A stretch of 64,000 bases of DNA, taken from contig JBITAJ010000029.1 of the NCBI GenBank assembly GCA_044440125.1, positions 320,001 to 384,000 of the forward strand, given 5' to 3'. The notes beneath the pieces were generated by a model, which did no database searches, had not been told where the DNA came from, and was given only the letters and a program-made list of their open reading frames with translations. Source of the DNA: Sedimentisphaeraceae bacterium JB056 (GTDB lineage: Bacteria; Planctomycetota; Phycisphaerae; Sedimentisphaerales; Sedimentisphaeraceae). This document shows, piece after piece, positions 9,918 to 18,121 of the stretch (positions are counted from its first letter, which is position 1; each line of letters opens with the position of its first letter). A program made the position numbers and the translations under genes.

Positions 9918-10022
9918 GGCGATTGAAAAGGCATTAGGGGACAGTGGGGCTGTTGAGGAATTTAAAGGGGTCAGGTTTCTTGGGGTTGGTTAATTTTATT
10001 TGTTGCTACATATTGAATTATT

Positions 10023-10169
10023 ATGTTTCACAGCAAACACAAAACACTTGGCGGATATTATCATTACGTGATTAACCGCAGCGATGGTCGGCTTCGTATC
10101 TTCAAGAAGCAGGATTGTTTTCTTGTCTTTAATTCTTTGGGAAAATCGCGAAATATTTATTTTTCTTAA
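10023..10169 (+). pseudogene. N-terminal remnant of a REP-associated (HUH Y1, RAYT-type) tyrosine transposase
   Basis: Translates MFHSKHKTLGGYYHYVINRSDGRLRIFKKQDCFLVF, resembling the RAYT N-terminus (GGxxYHVxNRxxGRxxIF); preceded by GGGGACAG (9937) and GGGGTCAG (9967). Confidence 0.6.
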
Positions 10170-10232
10170 AGCCAAATGGATGTTTCGGTGTTATATAAGT
10201 AGTATGGTCAAATGGTATTATGAGGAAATGAG

Positions 10233-10778
10233 ATGCTGGAAGACAAACTGCTTGTATTGAAGTTGAAACGTGGTGACAAGGATGCTTTGCGTACTGTATA
10301 TGAAAAATACAGAGATGATCTCTTACGCATAGCGGCTAATCTTCTTAGAGAAAGAATACATGCCGAAGATGTAGTGCATGATGTATTTGCATCGTTTGCT
10401 ACAGTTTGCAGAACATTTACGCTTACCGGAAGCCTCAAGGGTTATCTTATTACGTGTGTGGCAAACAGAGCACGTAATATTAATAGGCGTATTTATAGGC
10501 AGCAGGTTGCTAATATCGATGATGTTGAGCCTGCCGCTTCAAATATCAAACGGCCGGATGAATGGATTATATATAATGAGCAGTTCAGGCAGATTGCCGA
10601 TGCTATGTCGCAACTCCCTTACGAGCAGAGAGAGGTAATCGCTTTACACATAAACGGGGCGATGAAGTTCAAAGATATTGCCAAATTACAGGATGTTTCC
10701 GCAAAGACTGTTTCAAGCAGATACCGTTACGGAATTGATAAGCTCCGATCAATATTGAATAGTGAGGTGAAAAGATGA
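10233..10778 (+). CDS. ECF-family RNA polymerase sigma factor
   Basis: AEDVVHDVF, region 4 LPYEQREVIAL..FKDIA..TVSSRYRYGIDKLR. Confidence 0.92.
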   Translation: MLEDKLLVLKLKRGDKDALRTVYEKYRDDLLRIAANLLRERIHAEDVVHDVFASFATVCRTFTLTGSLKGYLITCVANRARNINRRIYRQQVANIDDVEPAASNIKRPDEWIIYNEQFRQIADAMSQLPYEQREVIALHINGAMKFKDIAKLQDVSAKTVSSRYRYGIDKLRSILNSEVKR

Positions 10779-12085
10779 GATCGGCAAATGATATAAAGAA
10801 GATAATCAAAAATACGAAGATCAACGTTGATTCAAATGTAAGTGAGTTTGTATTAGATGATATACTGAGCCGTATGGTTGAAAGTGAAAATGTAAATAAT
10901 ATTAAACAGAGCAGGTGGAGGATAATTATGAAGTACAAGATTACGGAAGTGGCTGCGGCGGTAATCGTGGTAATCGCGGCAGTAGTGGGTATCAATTATT
11001 TGGGTGGGTCGGTAGATGTTGCGAGCGTTGCCTGGTCGCAAGTGGTTGAGCAGCTCAGTAATCATCAGAGGTATAAGTGCCGGCAACGGGTGGTGCGTGA
11101 GAATGGGCAGCAGATGCCTGTGATGGATGTGTATCATATGAATCTTTCTCTGAGGCGGCAGGAAGTGGAGGATGGTTCCATACACATAATCGATATGAGA
11201 GGCAAAGATGCAATAACTGTTGAGCTTTACCCGGAACAAAAAAGGGCGGTTGTTACAAAGCTTCTTGATTTTGGACCTAAAAAGGATCCTGATATAATCG
11301 ATATGGTTAAGCGGTTCGAGCAAAAATCTACTGAAAGGCTTGGTACTAAAGAGGCTGATGGTGAGATATTGCAGGGGTTCAAATATAAGCCGAACGAATA
11401 TAATGATTTTACGGTGTGGGTCGATTCTGAGACAAAGTTACCTGTGGAGATAGAGCTGTTACATCCCAAAAGTGGGCAAACTATTTTTTTAGACGAGTTT
11501 GAATTTGATTTTGAACTTGCCCCATCTGCCTTCAGTACAGAGATTCCCGACGGGTATAAGGTTGAAACTATAGTTAATAACTACGGCCCGAGCAAGCCTA
11601 AAAAGGTGAGTGAGCAGGATATTAAAGCCGGGCTTAATCATTCTGCGTATTTAGTTGAAGAGCGGCCTTGGGTGGATAGTGTCGTTACCTTTGAGATATT
11701 AAGCCCGCTTGGCGAAAAAACAAAAGTATATACGACGGCAATTAAGACTACTGATGGGAATCTGGCCTTGATAGTTCAGGGCAATTATTACGATATTACT
11801 AAGATGGTATGGCTCTCTGAACAGGACGTAGTGCTTGAGACGCCCGAAGGCATTAAATTGCATACTCACCCAAATGGGGCAATATATGCAAAGCTGTTTT
11901 TAGAAGGGTTTGTGAAAGCTAACCCGGGATATTTTGACCCAGATACAATCAGTGAAGAAAGGTTCACGTTGATGGCTGTTATGCCTGATGGTGTCGTTTT
12001 AGGAATAGTTGCCAATAACAAAATGGATGAGCAGAGATTGCAGAAGCTTGTTGACTCTTTAAGCATGATAGAAGCTGCTCAATGA
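10775..12085 (+). CDS. Putative anti-sigma factor, one TM plus a large periplasmic LolA-like domain
   Basis: ATGA overlap with the ECF gene; TM AAAVIVVIAAVVGI; WVDSETKLPVEIE and F..EIPDGY motifs. Confidence 0.65.
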   Translation: MRSANDIKKIIKNTKINVDSNVSEFVLDDILSRMVESENVNNIKQSRWRIIMKYKITEVAAAVIVVIAAVVGINYLGGSVDVASVAWSQVVEQLSNHQRYKCRQRVVRENGQQMPVMDVYHMNLSLRRQEVEDGSIHIIDMRGKDAITVELYPEQKRAVVTKLLDFGPKKDPDIIDMVKRFEQKSTERLGTKEADGEILQGFKYKPNEYNDFTVWVDSETKLPVEIELLHPKSGQTIFLDEFEFDFELAPSAFSTEIPDGYKVETIVNNYGPSKPKKVSEQDIKAGLNHSAYLVEERPWVDSVVTFEILSPLGEKTKVYTTAIKTTDGNLALIVQGNYYDITKMVWLSEQDVVLETPEGIKLHTHPNGAIYAKLFLEGFVKANPGYFDPDTISEERFTLMAVMPDGVVLGIVANNKMDEQRLQKLVDSLSMIEAAQ

Positions 12086-12154
12086 GGCCATTGATAAACT
12101 GCTTCAAGCTTTGAAGTTTGAACCTATATTTTCACCTATACATCATTATATGAA

Positions 12155-12197
12155 CTTTTTTAGTATGACATCATCTGATGATGCTATACTAAAAAAA
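12155..12197. other. Long imperfect inverted repeat between convergent units
   Basis: TTTTTTAGTAT-GA-CATCA-loop-TGATG-CT-ATACTAAAAAA. Confidence 0.45.
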
Positions 12198-12265
12198 ACC
12201 TCCTTCAAGAAGGCATAAATGCAGAAAATTCGCAGTTATCCATTATTGACGGGGGTAAAAAAGAG

Positions 12266-12339
12266 AGGCGACGATGGGATTCGAACCCATGAATATCGGT
12301 TTTGCAAACCGACGCCTTAGTCCACTTGGCTACGTCGCC
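12266..12339 (-). tRNA. tRNA-Cys(GCA)
   Basis: GGCGACGTAGCCAAGTGG...TCGGT-TTGCAAA-ACCGA...GGTTCGAATCC...CGTCGCCT; CCA not encoded. Confidence 0.95.
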
Positions 12340-12356
12340 GTTATCAGGGAGAAAAG

Positions 12357-12430
12357 TGGGCCCACTTGGACTCGAACCAAGGACCAACGGATTATGAGTC
12401 CGTTGCTCTAACCAACTGAGCTATGGGCCC
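12357..12430 (-). tRNA. tRNA with CAT anticodon, most likely tRNA-Ile2 (lysidine)
   Basis: GGGCCCATAGCTCAGTTGGTTAGAGCA-ACGGA-CTCATAA-TCCGT...; paired G1-C72 and no triple G-C anticodon stem, so not initiator; CCA not encoded. Confidence 0.88.
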
Positions 12431-12496
12431 GTCCTATTGAGAACGTTTAGTTTCCGGCAAACACCGGTCTAATTATTGAAAGAACAATTTAGGGAA

Positions 12497-12532
12497 TTGA
12501 AGCCTCGCATCAGTCTGATAACGAGGCTTCAA
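12497..12532. other. Stem-loop in the spacer between tRNA-Tyr and tRNA-Ile2
   Basis: TTGAAGCCTCG...CGAGGCTTCAA, perfect 11-bp stem. Confidence 0.6.
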
Positions 12533-12533
12533 G

Positions 12534-12616
12534 TGGGCCGGGTTGGATTCGAACCAACGAAGGCTTTCGCCAACGGGTTTACAGCCCGTCCCCTTTAGCC
12601 ACTCGGGCACCGACCC
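12534..12616 (-). tRNA. tRNA-Tyr(GTA)
   Basis: GGGTCGGTGCCCGAGTGGCTAAAGGGG-ACGGG-CTGTAAA-CCCGT, long variable arm, GGTTCGAATCC; CCA not encoded. Confidence 0.95.
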
Positions 12617-12632
12617 TCACTAAGGAAGGGCA

Positions 12633-12660
12633 ATTCTATAAAAAAGAGCCGTCAATGCAA
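12633..12660 (-). promoter_or_regulatory. Putative promoter of the tRNA operon
   Basis: Minus strand TTGCAT-16 nt-TAGAAT just upstream of tRNA-Tyr. Confidence 0.5.
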
Positions 12661-12874
12661 TAGTAAAATGCTCAAATTCGCATTTTTTTTGAAAAACTTA
12701 CCTGCATTTTATCAATTTATGTCAAAACTTTGTTTTTATAGCATCTTATAGTAAGCTTACTTTTAACTGTGCTTGCAATAATGTTTTCATATATGTACAA
12801 TATGTTTATCTGAACCGAAGGCATTGGCTATTCGGCAGGCAGTTGGTGCTAAAAAGGATTGATGGTCGCCCGTA

Positions 12875-14068
12875 ATGAAGATAGTGCATATTATAACCCG
12901 TCTTATAGTGGGCGGGGCTCAGGAAAATACGATAATCACCTGCCGTGAGCAGGCAAAACGAGGACATAAGGTATATTTGCTTACAGGCCCTTCGATAGGC
13001 CCCGAAGGCGGGATGTTCGAGAAGGTGGCAGATATGGATTTTGAGGTGATCGTTATCAAGGATATGATTCGTGCGATCAAGCCGTTTGCCGATTTGAAGG
13101 CCTACAGGCAAATCAAAAAAGTCCTTCTTGATATAAAGCCTGATGTTGTGCATACGCACTCGGCTAAGGCGGGCATTCTTGGCCGCATTGCCGGCTGGGA
13201 GATAAAAGGCATCGCTCCATACCCGACAAATCCGCAAAAGCCCGCACCTATGGTTGTACATACGATTCATGGGCTTGCCTTTCATGAATATCAGAGCAAG
13301 TGGCTCAATAAGCTTTACGTTGGCATCGAGAGATTCACGGCAAAAAAATGTGATGCTATTATCGGTGTGGCTGATACGATGTGCGAGAAGGCTCTGGCGG
13401 CGGGGATTGGCAAGCAGGAAATGTATTCCACGGCATATTCGGCAATCGATATCGAAAATTTCACCCGGCAGCCTTCAGAGAAGGAAATTAAAAATTTTCG
13501 CAGAAAGCATGGTATCAGCGATCAGTCAAAGGTGATTGTTTGTGTGGCGCGGCTGGCAGAGCTTAAAGGGCATGAGTATATTATAGAATCGGCAAAGAAA
13601 CTTACAGCTGAGTTTCCTGATTGCATGTGGCTGTTTGTCGGCAACGGTGCGCTTACGGATAAGATAAAACATGATATACATCTTGCAAGCCTTGCTTATA
13701 AGATACGCCTCACAGGCTTGCTCGCTCCCGAACAAATACCGCTTGCCATACATTCCAGCGATGTACTTGTGCATTGTTCGCTGCGTGAGGGGCTTGCACG
13801 CGTACTTCCGCAGGCGATGCTTTGCGGCAAGCCGGCTATAAGCTTTGATATTGATGGAGCGAAAGAGGTTGTTAATTCTGAGACGGGCAGGCTGATAGCT
13901 CCGCAGGATGTTGACGCCCTCATTGAGAGCTGTAGAGAACTTCTCAGTGATGAAGAACTCTGTAAAAAGCTCGGCGAAAACGGCCGCAGACTGGTAGAGC
14001 AGAAATTCTCCCCCACAGCAATGGCAGACGCAATCGAAAAAGTATACGATAGTTACGCTGCCGAATAA
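12875..14068 (+). CDS. Glycosyltransferase family 4 (GT-B)
   Basis: HIITRLIVGGAQ, DVVHTHSAKAG, VARLAELKGH, EGLARVLPQAM. Confidence 0.9.
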   Translation: MKIVHIITRLIVGGAQENTIITCREQAKRGHKVYLLTGPSIGPEGGMFEKVADMDFEVIVIKDMIRAIKPFADLKAYRQIKKVLLDIKPDVVHTHSAKAGILGRIAGWEIKGIAPYPTNPQKPAPMVVHTIHGLAFHEYQSKWLNKLYVGIERFTAKKCDAIIGVADTMCEKALAAGIGKQEMYSTAYSAIDIENFTRQPSEKEIKNFRRKHGISDQSKVIVCVARLAELKGHEYIIESAKKLTAEFPDCMWLFVGNGALTDKIKHDIHLASLAYKIRLTGLLAPEQIPLAIHSSDVLVHCSLREGLARVLPQAMLCGKPAISFDIDGAKEVVNSETGRLIAPQDVDALIESCRELLSDEELCKKLGENGRRLVEQKFSPTAMADAIEKVYDSYAAE

Positions 14069-14096
14069 TGCTTAATAGGGGAGGCAGGTGTCTATC

Positions 14097-14825
14097 TTAG
14101 AACCATGGGCTTGATGTTTGTCTTCTCAGTCGTATTTCGTCAATAACGCCGTTGCCGTCTCTTGTCAGCAGGTATTCTACCGCATCGGCTATTTCTGATG
14201 CTCCGATGAGTTCATCTTGGTTGATGTCCGGCCGAACTGCTGTAACCATCTCCGTATCAACTCCGCCCATGCAGATTGAATGTACTCTTACGTTTGTATC
14301 GCGAAGCTCTTCCGCTAGAGATTGGGTCATGCCGCGAACGGCGTGCTTGGAGGCTGTATAGGCACTCTGCAGCGGGTAGCCTTTAACGCCTACAACTGAT
14401 GACACATTGACGATGAATGCCCGTGGCGACTCAAGCAGCAGCGGGAGAAACTCTCTGCACATCAAAAACGGCCCGCGTGCATTTATAGACATTACATTGT
14501 CGTAGACATCGGTAGGGGTGTCCTGGAGTTTGCCGGAATAGGTGATGCCGGCATTGTTTATAAGTATATCGCATTTGCCGAACTGCTTCTTTACGCTATT
14601 TTGGAGCTCGATAATCGATTGTTCGCTTGTAAGCTCAACCGTTGCCGTAGTCGCTTTTCCTCCGGCATCAGTTATCTCATTTTTGACATTCTCGAGAGCT
14701 TCTATGCTGCGAGCGGCTAAAACAACTGTAGCATTTAGTTTGCCGAGCATTAAGGCTATTTCTTTGCCGATGCCGCGGCTTGCACCTGTCACGATTGCCA
14801 CAGAGCCTGTAAGATTCGTTCTCAA
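14097..14825 (-). CDS. Short-chain dehydrogenase/reductase
   Basis: TGASRGIG, NNAG, YTASK; TTG start with RBS AAGGAGA. Confidence 0.92.
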   Translation of the reverse strand: MRTNLTGSVAIVTGASRGIGKEIALMLGKLNATVVLAARSIEALENVKNEITDAGGKATTATVELTSEQSIIELQNSVKKQFGKCDILINNAGITYSGKLQDTPTDVYDNVMSINARGPFLMCREFLPLLLESPRAFIVNVSSVVGVKGYPLQSAYTASKHAVRGMTQSLAEELRDTNVRVHSICMGGVDTEMVTAVRPDINQDELIGASEIADAVEYLLTRDGNGVIDEIRLRRQTSSPWF

Positions 14826-14960
14826 TGTAATATCTCCTTTTCCAATGTCAGATTGTAATTTTACGTTTATGAAAATATTAAGCCCAAATAGTAAAACCGA
14901 TTGGCTGAAAAATCAATTATTAATTTCTTCTTTTATTTTTACTGATTTTTTGAAAAGTAA

Positions 14961-14989
14961 TTGCATACCTACCTGAAGGTATGTATAAT
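14961..14989 (+). promoter_or_regulatory. Sigma70 promoter overlapped by an AcrR-like operator palindrome
   Basis: TTGCAT-17 nt-TATAAT; inverted repeat TGCATACCT-N6-AGGTATGTA (14962-14985). Confidence 0.7.
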
Positions 14990-15091
14990 AGATTCAATTG
15001 ATAATTTTAATTGACAAATTAAAGGCGAGTAGAAATTTGGCAAACAACTTGTGCCTGATGCCTTGTGACTTATGCCTCTTAGGTAACTGTA

Positions 15092-15703
15092 ATGGCAAGA
15101 CGAACAAAAGATGAAGCGATGAAGACCCGTGAGGATATCCTTGATGCGGCACTGGATGTGATGTCGGAAAAGGGATATTCGCGCATGACGTTCGTTGATA
15201 TAGCCGAAAGAATAGGGCTCACCAAGGGTGCGGTTTATTGGCACTTTAAGAACAAAAAGTCGCTTTTGATAGAGTTGATAAAGGAATTTCACGACAGGCG
15301 TGAGAGGCTTGTAGCTGAGAATGCCAGGCAGTTGAATACTTTTGATGATTTGCTTGAGCATTTTGTTCAGAGGACGCATGTAGTCATGCAGGATCCATCT
15401 TGCCGTAAGATTGCTTTTTTCCTGTCGTTTCAGATGGAATGGACGCAGGACCTGCTTGAAGCAGCTAATGAAAGCCTTAATGAGCTTCGTAAGGATTTGT
15501 TTTTGCAAGTTGTTGAAGTTATTAAAGATGCAAAAGATGCGGGGATGCTTAAAAAGGAAGTTGAACCCAGAGAATCGGCTGTTATCTTGATTTCGTTATG
15601 GAAGGGGCTGTTTGCTAATGATGTTGGCGGATATGCCGATATGGATTTGTTAAAATGCGTAGAGAAGAGCTTTAGTTGGATTCTTGAGGGAATGAAGGCT
15701 TGA
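15092..15703 (+). CDS. TetR/AcrR-family transcriptional regulator
   Basis: MARRTKDEAMKTREDILDAA...IAERIGLTKGAVYWHFKNK. Confidence 0.92.
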   Translation: MARRTKDEAMKTREDILDAALDVMSEKGYSRMTFVDIAERIGLTKGAVYWHFKNKKSLLIELIKEFHDRRERLVAENARQLNTFDDLLEHFVQRTHVVMQDPSCRKIAFFLSFQMEWTQDLLEAANESLNELRKDLFLQVVEVIKDAKDAGMLKKEVEPRESAVILISLWKGLFANDVGGYADMDLLKCVEKSFSWILEGMKA

Positions 15704-15731
15704 TAAAGCAATATAGATTAGTGAGGAAAAT

Positions 15732-17153
15732 ATGCCAAAGTTAAATATGAAACTAAGCAAAAACGGAGTTGATTTTATTGACAATGATCGACTTGAAACC
15801 CTTGCCCGGAAAAAATGTGAGGATAAGGGACGTATTCGTGAGATAATTGCCAAGAGTTTGGATAAAAAGGCTCTTACGCTTGAGGAAACTGCCGATTTGC
15901 TTAATTCTTCAAAAGACCTTACTGATGAAATATTCGATGCCGCCCATAAGCTCAAAGAGACTGTGTACGGCAATCGTATTGTCCTTTTTGCTCCGCTTTA
16001 TGTGGCGAATAAATGCATCAATAATTGTTCTTATTGCGGCTTTAAGTGCTCAAATAAGGATGTTTTGCGTCGTACTTTGACGCATGATGAACTTGCTCAG
16101 GAAGTTGTGGCTCTGGAGAAGCACGGCCATAAAAGGCTGATACTTGTCTATGGAGAGCACCCTGACTATGATGCGGAGTTTATCGCAAGCACTGTTCGCA
16201 AAGTATATGAGACAAAATCAGAGCCTCACGGCGAGATAAGGCGCGTGAATATCAATGCCGCGCCTCTTGATGTAGAGGGTTATCAAATTGTAAAACAAGC
16301 AGGAATAGGTACTTATCAGATATTTCAGGAGACTTACCATAAAGAGACTTACGCGAAATGCCATCCTGCAAATACCCGTAAGGGTGACTTTTTGTGGCGT
16401 CTTGACGGTCTTAGTCGTGCAATGGAAGGCGGCTGTGACGATCTTGGTATCGGTGCTCTATTCGGTCTTTATGACTGGCGTTTTGAAACGCTTGGTCTTG
16501 TGCAGCATGCTCTTTTCCTTGAGCAGAAGTATGGTGTTGGGCCGCATACGATAAGTTTTCCTCGTCTTCAGCCTGCAAGCGGCGTTGATTTTGATGAGAA
16601 ATACTATGTTAATGATGATGATTTTATCAAGCTTATCGCAATATTGAGGCTTGCAGTCCCTTATACGGGGCTCATACTTACCGCACGTGAGAATCAGCAA
16701 GTACGTCATGCGGCGATGGGTTTTGGTGTTTCACAGATTGATGCGGGTAGCCGAATTGAAATTGGCGGTTACAGTGCCAACGCGGCTCAGCAGGAGATTG
16801 ACAAGGAACAGTTTACTCTGGGGGATGTTCGCAGTCTTGATGAGGTGATGCTGGAATTGATTGAGAATGATTTTGTGCCGAGTTTCTGCACATCATGCTA
16901 TCGTCTCGGCAGAACAGGCGAACATTTCATGGAATTTGCTATCCCCGGGTTTATTAAGCGGTATTGTACCCCGAATGCTCTTTGTACTTTGCAGGAATAT
17001 CTGTGTGATTACGCGAGTGAGGCAACCAGAGCAGCCGGTGAAAAGCTGATAGCAAAGGAAGTGCAAATGATAGGTGATCCAAAAATGTCGCAGCAGGTAA
17101 CGAAAAGGCTCGAGCAGATAAAGAAGGAAAGCCAGAGAGATCTGTATTTTTAG
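15732..17153 (+). CDS. hydG: [FeFe]-hydrogenase H-cluster maturase HydG
   Basis: LFAPLY, CINNCSYC, FQETYH, GPHTISFPR and C-terminal PSFCTSCYR..CTPN auxiliary cluster motif. Confidence 0.93.
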   Translation: MPKLNMKLSKNGVDFIDNDRLETLARKKCEDKGRIREIIAKSLDKKALTLEETADLLNSSKDLTDEIFDAAHKLKETVYGNRIVLFAPLYVANKCINNCSYCGFKCSNKDVLRRTLTHDELAQEVVALEKHGHKRLILVYGEHPDYDAEFIASTVRKVYETKSEPHGEIRRVNINAAPLDVEGYQIVKQAGIGTYQIFQETYHKETYAKCHPANTRKGDFLWRLDGLSRAMEGGCDDLGIGALFGLYDWRFETLGLVQHALFLEQKYGVGPHTISFPRLQPASGVDFDEKYYVNDDDFIKLIAILRLAVPYTGLILTARENQQVRHAAMGFGVSQIDAGSRIEIGGYSANAAQQEIDKEQFTLGDVRSLDEVMLELIENDFVPSFCTSCYRLGRTGEHFMEFAIPGFIKRYCTPNALCTLQEYLCDYASEATRAAGEKLIAKEVQMIGDPKMSQQVTKRLEQIKKESQRDLYF

Positions 17154-17405
17154 TTCCAGCTTCGCATTTTGTGGATACGTATTGTATTGAGCCTAAAGCT
17201 TTGTCTTATATTGCCGATTTCTCACAAGAATTTTTAAAATGTTTGAGTTTTTGCTTGAAAAATTGGGTCTAATGCTTATATTTACTGAACTTCGGACTTT
17301 ATCGGGTGCGTTGCATCTATTATTTGTTCGTTTTAAGTGAGTAAGATAATAAATTATGACTTTTATTAGTAGAACGAGTAGGTTTTACGCTTAGGAGTAT
17401 TTGAT

Positions 17406-17657
17406 ATGTCAAGAGAATGTTTTTTCACAGGTAGAAAGACAGTTGCCGGACGCAGTATCGTTCGTCATGGTAAGCCAAAACGCTTAGGCGGTGTTGGTCT
17501 TAATATCCGTGGTATCAGCAAGAGAAAGTTCAAACCTAATATCCAGAAGGTTCGTGCTGTTGTTGATGGCAAGGTTACAAAAATCAATGTATCAGCTAAG
17601 GCTATCAAGATGGGCCTTGTTACCAAGCCTGTAAAGAGAACTTACAAGGCTAAGTGA
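17406..17657 (+). CDS. rpmB: 50S ribosomal protein L28
   Basis: MSRECFFTGRK...KRKFKPNIQKVR. Confidence 0.9.
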   Translation: MSRECFFTGRKTVAGRSIVRHGKPKRLGGVGLNIRGISKRKFKPNIQKVRAVVDGKVTKINVSAKAIKMGLVTKPVKRTYKAK

Positions 17658-17730
17658 TTTGGATGCATAAAGCATTGATTATACAATGTTTATATCTGTA
17701 ACAACAGATCTACTTATAACGAGATAAGCG

Positions 17731-17759
17731 AAAGCGAGGCCGATGGTCTCGCTTTTTTT
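17731..17759 (+). terminator. Intrinsic terminator after rpmB
   Basis: AAAGCGAGGCC-GAT-GGTCTCGCTTT followed by TTTT. Confidence 0.75.
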
Positions 17760-17810
17760 GATTATACCGGCTGAACTCCAGTCGTTTCAGGAGAAAAAAA
17801 CGAGGTTAAT

Positions 17811-18119
17811 ATGTCCAAAAAGATAGATGAAAAACAGGTACGCGAAGTTGCGATGCTCGGACGCCTTGAGCTTAGCGATGAAGAGGTCTCGATGTTTTCC
17901 GATCAGCTTAGCGAGATTTTGAGCTATGTGGAGAAACTTGGCGAACTTGATACAGATAATGTTGAGCCGCTTGCCCATAGTCTTCCAGTTCAGAATGTTT
18001 TCCGTGAAGATGAGCCGCATGAGTCTCTTAGCCGTGACAAGGCTCTTGCCAATGCACCGCATTGCGATGATGAATTCTTCCTTGTTCCAAGAATACTCGA
18101 TGAAAATGGAGGTGCCTGA
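17811..18119 (+). CDS. gatC: Asp/Glu-tRNA amidotransferase subunit C
   Basis: VAMLGRLEL..ILSYVEKLGELDT..FRED..ALANAP; precedes gatA. Confidence 0.92.
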   Translation: MSKKIDEKQVREVAMLGRLELSDEEVSMFSDQLSEILSYVEKLGELDTDNVEPLAHSLPVQNVFREDEPHESLSRDKALANAPHCDDEFFLVPRILDENGGA

Positions 18120-18121
18120 GA

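Noticed and set aside
12205..12387. 60-aa ORF in the track
   Set aside because: It overlaps tRNA-Cys and tRNA-Ile2 on the same strand
12086..12660. Prophage or island integrated at the tRNAs
   Set aside because: No integrase and no duplicated tRNA 3' end noticed
15732..17153. ThiH rather than HydG
   Set aside because: The C-terminal CxxC...C auxiliary cluster extension is present and hydF is in the window
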